The notes below the pieces were generated by a model that saw only the letters and a list, made by a program, of their open reading frames with translations, did no database searches and was not told the DNA's origin. Position numbers and translations under genes: made by a program. A DNA stretch of 63,670 nucleotides, the filler included, from Octopus bimaculoides (Eukaryota): NCBI RefSeq assembly GCF_001194135.2. It is 3 parts of 3 records of this genome, joined end to end, with 100 filler letters (N's around TTAATTAATTAA, not from the genome) between each part and the next. Parts side by side here need not be neighbours in the genome. Positions count along the whole stretch, not along the records: positions 1 to 31,451 come from NC_068987.1; positions 31,552 to 61,632 come from NC_068984.1; 1 more part is not named here. One strand, given 5' to 3'. This document shows positions 25,176 through 35,677 of the stretch, piece by piece. Every line of letters starts with the position of its first letter. Within the stretch, counting starts at the first letter, position 1.

Positions 25176-25937
25176 CGAGCTTCTTTCAGTTTCCATCTAC
25201 CCGATCCGCTCACAAGGTGATAGTAGAAAATACTTGCCCAAGATGGCATGCAGTGAGACTAAACTCAAAGCTACATGGTTGGAAAACTAACCTCTCGACC
25301 ACATAGTCATGCCTACACCAACACAATCACTGTAGGTAAATTCTGTTTGACATAAGGGTTTGTTTTGAAACATTCTAAACTTTTAGGTAGCAACAAAGCA
25401 CAGACAAGTTATCTGAATTTTAAAGTCTTAGAAATATTTAAGTTTCTGTATAGTGGAACTAAAAACTAAAAGAGAAAGACCTAACACAAAAATATGCTAA
25501 ACTTAATTCCACTTCACCAAACACGTAGGAGAAATCTTAAGCTAATTAACTAGAAATACACTTACTTAGCCAATTAACTACCGCAAACACTCAAGAAGAA
25601 ATTAACTACATATCTAGGAACAGGGTCCTGTGAGGTTAAGAAGTCTACTTCCCAACGATGTGGTCTTAGTTTCAATTTCAGTGTGTGGCACTTTGGGCAA
25701 GTGTCTTCTACTATAGCTTTGGGTTGACCAAAACTTGAGTAGATTTGGTATACAGAAACTGGAAGAAGCCCATTGACCATATGTGTATAAATATATATAG
25801 GCATGGCTATGTGGAAGAAGCTTGCTTCCCAACCACATGGTTCCGAGTTCAGTCCCACTACTTGATACCTTGGGCAAGTGTCTTCTACAATAGCCTTGTA
25901 ATTGGATTTGGTAGACAGAAACTGAAAGAATCCTGTC

Positions 25938-25973
<36 letters not shown>

Positions 25974-26700
25974 CTGATTATCTCCCATGACCACTTGACA
26001 AACGAGTGTTGGTGTGTTTATATCCCCGGAACTTAGTTNNNNNNNNNNAAAAAAAAAAAAAAAAAAAAAAAAAAACGATAGAATAAGTACCAGGCTTAAA
26101 AAAAAGTACTGAGTTGATTCATTTGACTAAAAATTCTTCAAAGCAGTGTCCCAGCATGACTGCAGTCTAATGACTGAAACAAGCAAAAGAGTATAGATGT
26201 GTGTATGTGTGTGTGTGTGTACCCTTGTCTTGACATGTGATGGTTGTAAATGTGCATCCTTGTCAAGAGATGATGTTCTTTTCTAGTTTTCCATGAAAAA
26301 AATGTGAAGCTATGGGAAAAATTATCTTGCCCAGAAACAGTCAAAGTTTAGCAACAGAAAAGGCAGCCAGCTGTAGAAAATTTGCCTCAACAAATTACAG
26401 CTGACTTATGCAAGGATGCACAAGGGGACATTAGAAGATGGTGATGATGTATCAATGCCATTAGGAAGGTTTAGCGGTTTAACATATGAGGGGGATAAGG
26501 AAACTTACTGTGTTAGATTCAATCACAGCTACGTCTTATGATAGGCATATCTTTTGTCTTACTTATTTCAGTCATCAGATTGTGGCCATGCTGGAGCACC
26601 ACCCTGAAGAATTTTTAGTTGACTGAATTGATCCCAGGACCTATTTTTAAAAGTCTGGTACTTATTCTATCAGTCTCTTTTTGCTGAAGTGCAAAATGGG
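25130..26700. mobile_element. Cluster of family C SINE pieces in both orientations
   Basis: 25130-25315 (-), 25620-25790 (+ head), 25800-26190 (+ near-complete), 26200-26440 (+ RTE-tailed 3' half), 26555-26700 (-). Confidence 0.75.
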
Positions 26701-26728
26701 GAACAAATACGGACACAAAGATATATAT

Positions 26729-26763
<35 letters not shown>

Positions 26764-26932
26764 CACATGTACACACACATATACATAGACACACACACAC
26801 AAGGTGGCCCAAAAGTCACTAAGGGGGTTGCAATTTTTAATAATTCTTTTATTTTTTGATCTCTTCTTTTTTTTGTCAAGGATTTTATAGACTAGGTCCT
26901 GGAAATTAATAATGGAAAAATATTGCACTGCA

Positions 26933-27170
26933 CAATGCACCAAAGTGGTGAAATTGTTCTATCAAAATCAAGGGTCAATTATTCAAACCCAGAGAGCATA
27001 TCATCGGCACTTTTAAGTTAGAGATGCTCCAAGTGAAAAACAAGGGCCACGATCTGGGAGACCTCACACTGTCAGAACTGATGAGGCAAGGGAACAAGTG
27101 CAAGAGAGTGTTGAACAGAATCTGGGCACATTGACTTGAAGGTGGTTCAGACAGCTTGGGATTTCACAAA
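26933..27170 (+). mobile_element. Tc1/mariner transposase N-terminal HTH relic (DUF4817-like)
   Basis: One frame reads QCTKVVKLFYQNQGSIIQTQRAYHRHF*VRDAPSEK-QGPRSGRPHTVRTDEAREQVQESVEQNLGTLT*RWFRQLGISQ; RSGRP is the mariner linker motif. Confidence 0.72.
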
Positions 27171-28781
27171 CTTGGCTGCTGGTGCCACACAGTGGAGCTG
27201 AACTTGGAATCATGTGGTTGGGAAACAAACTTCTTACCATATGGCCATGCCTGCACCTGTTTTTTTAATCTTCTTAAATATATTTAGACTTAGGATGTAG
27301 AAAATGGTTATGTGCTTGATTAAAAAAAAAAATTTCTTGTGTGGTTATGTGATTTTATATATTTCTAAGTATAAATTCCATCAGAGTTGATAAAATGGTT
27401 GAAGTAGATTGATTGCTATTTAAAAGTTTACTGAGTCAAGAGAAATCAATATCTGGTAATTAGTTGATGATTTATTTCTATTCTATATTAAGAGGGAGTC
27501 ATTTGTTGCTAAAATTTGAGAGAAAGAAAAGCATGCATACATGGTGACATAAAAAGGGAGAGGCAGAGGGAAGAGGAGAGAAGAGAAAATGAGAGAGAGG
27601 GTGGGGATAGAGATAAGAGATTATATAATAGTTTACAGATCATGTCTAAACTGGAAGCTCCACCCAAACATGAAAATAAAATAAATAAAAAACATGGCCC
27701 ACAAAAAGACCAAACATATTTTAGAGACTCGAAATACTGCAAAGTCACTCCCTAAATTTTTAGAATAGCTCAGTGTTATCCAAGACAGCCATTACCAGCC
27801 ACTTACATTTCGTTTATTGGATGCCGGTAGTAGGAATATGTGTATGGACATGTGCGAATATTTTAATTTGTACTTTGAATACTTTTCCCTGACAAATTAT
27901 AAAGAATAATAATGTTTGTTTTACCCTTTCTTATTTGTTTAGCCTATTTCCATGAAGTTCACGCAATTACATATAATTCCTAAAGACTTCATATTGTCAT
28001 AAAACTGATGTAGTACCTGTTAAAAATGACAGGGTATAATTTCTGTTCCCTTTCAGTTATTCATATTCTTTTTATCTTCACTCAATCTCTTTCATTATTC
28101 TAACTCACTCACATACCTCATTATTTCTTCTCCTCCTCTCTAGCTAATTTTTCTTTCTCTCTCTCTTTTTTTTTGTCTTCCTCTCATCTTTCCATTCCCT
28201 CTGCCTTCTTGTCCTACTTTTCCCTCCACTACATTATCTCTCTTGCTCACCTTCAGAATGCTAGAAATAGCATCCCCCACCACCACCCTTAATCAAACCC
28301 ATCTTTCTTCAAGGAAAAAAGAAAACAAGATATGTTGGATAATAATGTAATCCTTTCAGGGGTTTACTCATAACAGCTTACCTGGAAGTAACAACAACAA
28401 TACTGGAGGCCTATACAATTGCCCCCAAAAGAGATGAAAGACAAACATTGACTTTGGCAGGATTTGAACTCAGAATAGTACTACAATGTATTAAATATAG
28501 CGTTGTACTTTGTCAGACAGTTCATTTATTCATGCAATAAAACAATAACTGAAATTTTAAATTTGTAGAGCCATTCAACCCATTTCAGCTTGAGCAACAA
28601 AACAAAGCTAAAGACAGTAAAACACTTGAAACTGGTGTTAATTGTCTTTGTAAATAGATTAAGCACTCAGCTCTGAGTCCACAACATCTTATAGCAGAAA
28701 CAGCTGTAAGATAATGAAGTTCATAAGATAAACATTTATTCCTTTGTTATCTCATTTTCTTATTAATAGATTGAGATACTC

Positions 28782-29005
28782 TTTTACTTGTTTCAGTCAT
28801 TTTGACTGTGGCCATGCTGGAGCACCGCCTTTAGTCGAGCAAATCGACCCCAGGACTTATTCTTTGTAAGCCTAGTACTTATTCAATCGGTCTCTTTTAC
28901 CGAACTGCTAAGTTACCGGGACATAAACACACCAGCATCGGTTGTCAAGCGATGTTGTGTGTGTGTGTGTGTGGGGGGGGGGACAAACACAGACACAGAC
29001 AAATT
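28782..29005 (-). mobile_element. Family C SINE 3' half
   Basis: Reverse complement of 55-255. Confidence 0.85.
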
Positions 29006-30489
29006 TACACACACACAGGTTTCGCTCTTAGGAACAGGGAAGATCATCAGAAGGGTATTTGAGTACTTGATGGCTTACTGAAATTATGTGGATATTCTAG
29101 GTTACAGATAGTAACTTACTATCCACAAAAATTCTACTAAGAATAAGATCAATCCATTCATGGGTTAGTATATTCATTCTACATGTGCATAATGCATGTG
29201 CTTCTTGATATATACTTATGGAGTATCTTAAAAGAAAAAGGAAAGTATGAGTAACATATGGTAAACGAAAATGATAGATTTCCCCACCACCACTGCTAAT
29301 TTTGGGGGTAGGCTTGTTTAGATAGCAAATAAATGTGATTTATCATATATTTATCTAAGCAGGAATTTTCATGCAGAGATGCACTTCCTTAATATCTAAT
29401 ATCACATTTGTATAAATTAGGTTACATAGATAGGATGGGGCTCACCTGCAAAGAAAAAATAAATAAACAAAACCTTACAGGTATGAAACTGGAAGGATGT
29501 GGAAAACAGATGTATACAAAGACATTCTAAATACATTCCTCATTTGATTGATATGAAAACTTCATCTTTGAGTTTTTATTTTTCAAAACCCAAATATACA
29601 AGTAGAAACTACAACTATAACAAACATTTCAAGTCCATTTTCAGGCTCAATGATAGTAACTGTACTCAGCATGATTACCTTTTTTCTCTTTCCAGCTGCA
29701 GTAGCCATGTATTGCCTCTGTAACCAAGACACTCATTCCTGTCTCTCTCACATAGTTTAAGTTCTCAACACCAGACATAAAGCCACCTCCCTCTCTACTA
29801 CAACTCCATGTAGTTGAAGGGATTTTGACTTGTGAGTTATATGCTGACCTCACTGGTGCTGGTGTAACAAAGGAAAAAAAAAGAGCACTAAGTGAGTACA
29901 TTTTGTAAAGTGGTTGATGTTAGGAAAAGCATCCAGCCACAGAAACTATGTCAAAATAGACACTGGAGCTCAATGTAGCCCTCTGGCTTGTCAAATCCTG
30001 TTGAACAGTCCAATCCAACTGATACCTGCTGATGTCAAAGAATGACGATGATGATGATGATGATGCAATTCTTATCACTAACCCTTTCTGTCTTAACTTA
30101 TGACATCGTATGTACATATGAATGTGTTTGTATGTGTATATGAATGTGTTTGTATGTACTGGGATAAATGTGGGCTTATTCTAAAACATAGCAAAGATAT
30201 ATATATATATATATATATATATCGTTGCTACTATATTAAACTGTTGTATGTCCAAATTTGGCCAAATGTGATTTTCAATATTTACTTTTGCTTGCAATAG
30301 CTGGTTCTTTTGGTCAAACTATTGCATCTCCAGCTGCTTCCGATGCCAAGAAATAAAAAAAATTGTCAAAGTGTAGTATAATGGCTTTGCTATGGAATGA
30401 TGAAACTATTTTTTGTTTTCTGAAAAAAGCAACATTTTGAACTTATGACACTTTTGCATAATAGCAGAAGCCAGTATGCTCTGATGGAT

Positions 30490-31445
30490 GTGTAATGTTA
30501 GTGTGCATACTAGACAGAGTGTAAGCGCCTTGAGAGAAAAGTTGGACCTAAGAAGCATCANNNNNNNNNNGCGCCTTGAGAGAAAAGTTGGACCTAAGAA
30601 GCATCAGATGTATGCAAGAGAGACGATTGCGCTGGTATGGTCACTTGGCGAGAATGGACGAAGATAGCTGTGTGAAAAAGTGCCACAGCCTAGCAGTTGA
30701 GGGAAACTCTGGAAGAAGTAGACCCAAGAAAACCTGGGATGAGGTGGTGAAGCACGACCTTCAAGCATTGGGCCTCACCAAGGCAATGACTAGTGACTGA
30801 GACCTTTGAAAATATGAGTAGACCCAGCAAGCCAAGTGAGACCATAACTTATGGCCTATGCCAGCGGTGTAACCAGCCTACTTATGCGTACCTTTCTTTC
30901 GTTGGACACTAAACTTTGCTTGCAAAGACCTGTTGAGGCAAGTGAAATCACAATCAAATTTGCTGATGCGGCCGATGACAGCACCGCCTGACTGGCACCC
31001 ATGCCAGTGGAAAGTTAAAGCACCATCCGAGTGTGATCGTTGCCAGGGCCGCTGACTGGCTCCCATGCCAGTGGCACATTAACAGTGCCATTCGAGCGGG
31101 ATCGTTACCAGTGCCACCTAACTGGCACTTGTGCCAGTGACATGTAAAACAACATTTGAGGAAGGTTGTTGCCAGTACTGCTGAACTGGCTCCTGTGCAG
31201 GTGGCACATAAAAAACACCATTTGAGCCAGTACCGCCTGACTGGCCCTCATGCTGGTGGTACGTAAAAAACACCCACTACACTCTCGGAGTGGTTAGCAT
31301 TAGGAAGGGCATCCAGCTGTAGAAACTCTGCCAAACCAGATTGGAGCCTGCTGCAGCCATCTGGCTCGCCAGTCCTCAGTCAAACCGTCCAACCCATGCC
31401 AGCATGGAAAGCAGACGTTAAGCGATGATGATGATGATGATATAT
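30490..31445 (+). mobile_element. RTE 3' end: ORF2 C-terminus, long 3' UTR with five about 65-bp units, (GAT)n tail
   Basis: MQERRLRWYGHLARMDEDSCVKKC...GRSRPKKTWDEVVKHDL; actggc recurs at 30991, 31055, 31121, 31185 and 31240. Confidence 0.9.
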
Positions 31446-31451
31446 ATCATC

Positions 31452-31551
31452 NNNNNNNNNNNNNNNNNNNNNNNNNNNNNNNNNNNNNNNNNNNNTTAAT
31501 TAATTAANNNNNNNNNNNNNNNNNNNNNNNNNNNNNNNNNNNNNNNNNNNN
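31452..31551. other. Artificial 100-nt scaffold spacer (44 N + TTAATTAATTAA + 44 N)
   Basis: Identical construct at 61633-61732; the palindromic 12-mer puts TAA in all six frames. Confidence 0.92.
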
Positions 31552-31830
31552 GAATTCATTGCTGTACTCATTTCCAACCCTCACCTTACTGGCCGCATCT
31601 CTGTACATGGCTCGCACAGCTCTCACTAGCCATTCTTCTATCCCAAGTTTCCTCATTGACCACCAGATAAGGGATCGGGGGACCCTGTCAAAGGCTTTCT
31701 CCATGTCAACGAAAGCCAGGTACAGAGGTTTATCCTTGGCTAGGTATTTCTCTTGCAACTGTCTCACTAGAAATAAGGCATCAGTAGTGCTTTTACCTGG
31801 CACGAACCCAAACTGCATCTCATCTAAATT
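31552..31830 (-). mobile_element. RTE RT N-terminal fragment
   Basis: QFGFVPGKSTTDALFLVRQLQEKYLAKDKPLYLAFVDMEKAFDRVPR, intact over this stretch. Confidence 0.93.
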
Positions 31831-34034
31831 GATTCGCTCCCTAATATATAGTGGTGTGTCCTGTTACATATTGTCTAGTCAGTTATTTTTGTATAGTGTC
31901 CAGTTCAATATGCTTACAGTATTGTGCCCCATTTTATTCTTTAGGATTTTGTGATTATGATTTGGCCGTTTTATGTTTTTGGACAAATGTAGGCTGAACA
32001 TTTTCAGCACTGATTACACACTGACTCCTAATAAAGGTTTTGTGAATGAATACTTATAAATTTTTTTTTTTTTAATTATCAATATAATTATTATTATACT
32101 AATAAACTAAACCTCATTTAGTAAAATATAACTGATTGAATCTTACTTGTTAATCACTATTTGTGAGCAGTTTCAAATATCTTTTGTTTCCCTATTCCCC
32201 TTGTCTCCCAACATATATTTATATATATATATATATATAATTTTAATTATTCTGACTATGAAATAACATTTTTCAATGTATTTGCTCTTTACTAATCCTC
32301 ATGTAGCCATGTTGACCTTGATATTTTTTTTTTTTTTTTAAGACTGTAAACCATTTTTTTAACTACAACCTGTATGCCAGTTCTGTTCACATTTTCTGTA
32401 ACCAATTCACAGTGGTTATTTTCATTTAACTTTTACTACACATCTTTGGAAAGCAGACATATATATATATATTATATATATATAATGTCATTTTTTTAAT
32501 ATGTGTATACTTCTTGCATAAAAACCAATCTACCAAAGCATACAATCCAATATGTTTTTTGAATTTTTTCAAAAAGGAAAAAAAAAAATGATAAAATTGC
32601 CAAATGACTAGAAATGTATATATTTTGTCAAAAGAAAAAACAACCTATATTTTGGCTTTAGCTTGCCTCTGCATGTAACCAGTATTTTAGATATTTTTAA
32701 CTATTTCCTCTGTCTTTTTTTTCAAGTGAGATGTTCAATAATTTTAACCCCATCTTCCACACATTTTTTTCTTAACCTTTTTCTAATAATAGATCTCTTG
32801 TTTTACCATATTTGATGGCATATAAGATACACATTTTTTCCCCCGAAAAAGAAAAAGTGTTTGAAAAAAACCACCATGGTTCCTATATGCAAAGTTGGGC
32901 CTCTCATAAGTTAATTTTATCCCTAGTGCTTTTTCTTTCAATATGCTCTGCTGAAATTGAGGTGCATCTAAATTGCCTATGCATCTTTTACACCATCAAA
33001 TACAGTATATATTAATCCTTAGATACACCTGCACTCACCAATTAACATTCGAAAGGTGCAGTTGCTGTAAGATTAAAGTGCAAGATTACTAACCACACTG
33101 CATGATCAAAAGTTTAAACCCTTCTACTATAGCCTTTTTGGTGTCCTTGAGCAAAGTACGTAAATCTGCTATTGCAGACCATTACTTGTTTTTTCCAACT
33201 GTACATTTTAGGGGAAGAGTAGCTTAGTCTTAGTTTGCCAAAGTTCCACATTCCACTTCACACTGGCTAGAGATAAGAAACTGTAAAAAAAAAAGGGAAT
33301 TCTCACAAGTAAACCATGTCCAAAAGCATGGCCTTATTGTTAGTGTATTGGATTCATGAGTGTAATGTCATGGTTTTTAATTCCTAGACCAGGCAGCACA
33401 TTGGGTCCTTCAGCAAATCACTTCATTTTACATTGACCCAGCCCACACACTTGGAGGTTGACTCTGCGAAGGACTGACATCACATTCTGTATATGTGTAT
33501 GGCAGGGCTATTGTGCCATGGAAACAGGAGAAACTTATTGTGTCATGACCCAAGGCATCTCCCACCATGCCTACTTGGTAAAAATAGATATGAACTATGT
33601 AAAGAATTATGTTTGATGCCAGAAACTTTGTGTGTTAGTGTCTATGTATATACACATAAAGAAAAATATATATAGATATATTAAGTATATGTATACATTC
33701 ATATATTCTGATATTAACATATCTCTTTGTCTCTACACAAGTATATGTTATCTATGTGTATATACATGTACATAACTTTAACACACACACATACAAACTT
33801 ACAATATCTAACTCAGTTTAAATGGTATGTTGAAATATATCTTTTGGTATATTTACCTTTTGTTTTTTACTGAAAAAGAACTGGTTGTGAAGTCATGTTT
33901 TAACAAGTCTAATCTTTTGTACTGCCACTAATTCATCAGTATAAACATACAAGAGGGAAAAAAGCATCCTTGGTCCAAATTAGTCTTTTAAAATGGATAT
34001 TAAGTAATTAATGGGATTTATCACTTAATGAGAT

Positions 34035-34470
34035 GAAGGCATGGCTGTATGTTGAGGTTTGCCTCCCAACTATGTGGTTTTTAAGCACAGTCTCATTGTA
34101 CAGCACCTTGGGCATGTGTCTTGTATATCTTCAAGCTGACTAAAACCTTGTAAGTGGATTTAGTAGATGGAAACTGAAAGAAACTTGTCATATAAATATA
34201 GATAGATAGATAGATAGATACAGATATATGAGAGAGAGATGTGTGTATTCGGGTGTGAGTCTTATCTTGACATTATGTGATAATTGTAAATGAGTGTCAC
34301 CATCTTATAAGTGGTGGTGTTCATTTCCAACCTTCCATGGAAATATGTTCGATTATAAAGCAAATGTTACCTTGCTTGGAAACGGGTGAAGGTTGGCAAC
34401 AGGAAGGGCATCCAATTGTAGAAAATTTGCCTCAACAAACTCCATCTGACTAATGCAAACATGCAAAAGC
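34035..34470 (+). mobile_element. Complete SINE: tRNA-like head, internal microsatellite, RTE-like 3' tail
   Basis: Head shared with family C; (GATA)n/(GA)n in the middle; tail ggcaacaggaagggcatccaattgtagaaa...catgcaaaagcagacattaaaataatg parallels the RTE tail at 31295-31435. Confidence 0.78.
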
Positions 34471-35395
34471 AGACATTAAAATAATGAAACTGCTGGGGGG
34501 GGGGCACTATAAATGTTTTTCAGCTGATACTCCCTCACTTGTTTAGCAGAGTATGAACCATCATTGTCCATGATGCTAAATTCAGCTTGAGATATGTTAT
34601 TCTTATTTTATTTGTATGTCAGAATTAAAGATTGTGTTATCACCAATGATGAGCTGCTTCTATGGCAAAGTTATAATTCTTGGCAGAAATACTTTTAAAA
34701 TATTTATCAAGATCACATTAAGGAATAAAATACTTCACATAGTTTCTTGTTTTACTGGTTTCAATCAAGATGGGACACTGCCGTCAAGGACTTTAGTTGA
34801 TTATATACCTGCTCCCAATACTTATTTCTATCTGATATTTGTTTTATCAATCCCTATACGTCGTACTGTTAAGTTGAGATGTAAAGGGACACAAAATAAG
34901 CAGTAATGGTTTTTAAATTTATCTAAATACACAGTCACACACACATATATGTACACGCATATGGAGAGAGAGAGAGAGTAAACAAGCTTCTGTACAATTT
35001 TCATCTATCAGATTCAACTCCTGGGTATACCTGGGATAACTGATGAGATGAATCTAAACTAGAACTTGGAAAGAATCTAAAGCAGTGTTTACAACTTCTA
35101 ATCTGTAAATAATATGCATCAATTTTAAGACTCCTAGGATAAATAAATGGGGGAAAAAAATGACTCCATGTTATGAGTTTTCTTACAACTTTTTGATATT
35201 GTTTGCAGTATTAGTTATGTTCTACCATGATTCATTGTGTGACTTGTCTCGCCTCAGAAGCACACATTTCATCGACTAGCAAACATCAAATCAATGTGAC
35301 ACCTGCTTTGAAACAACAGAGCAAGAAATCTAATTCTTCTTAGCATAACATAGCCATTAACTCAAAATGGCTTTACTAGAGCATGATATTTATAT

Positions 35396-35499
<104 letters not shown>

Positions 35500-35636
35500 A
35501 CAGTGTACTGGTTGTAAATCTTGTTCTCAAAGAGTTTGAACAACTACCTCTGTATATGACAATCTTCCAAAATCAGTGGTTACTTGGTTTATTTGTCAGT
35601 TGTGTCTGAAAAAAGCCAGTTTTGTGTGTGCCTTAG

Positions 35637-35677
35637 CAACAGGACTTCCAGATAGTGATGATGGACTGAGAAGTGTG
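35637..35677 (+). CDS. Candidate small exon (x)TGLPDSDDGLRSV
   Basis: Acceptor tgtgtgccttag| (alternative caacag| 6 nt downstream), donor GTG|gtatgt, mostly A/T-ending codons; exits phase 0, so it does not join directly to 39555. Confidence 0.35.

Noticed and set aside
31496-31507. Palindrome TTAATTAATTAA (also 61677-61688)
   Set aside because: Sits centred in N runs in both places; artificial linker.
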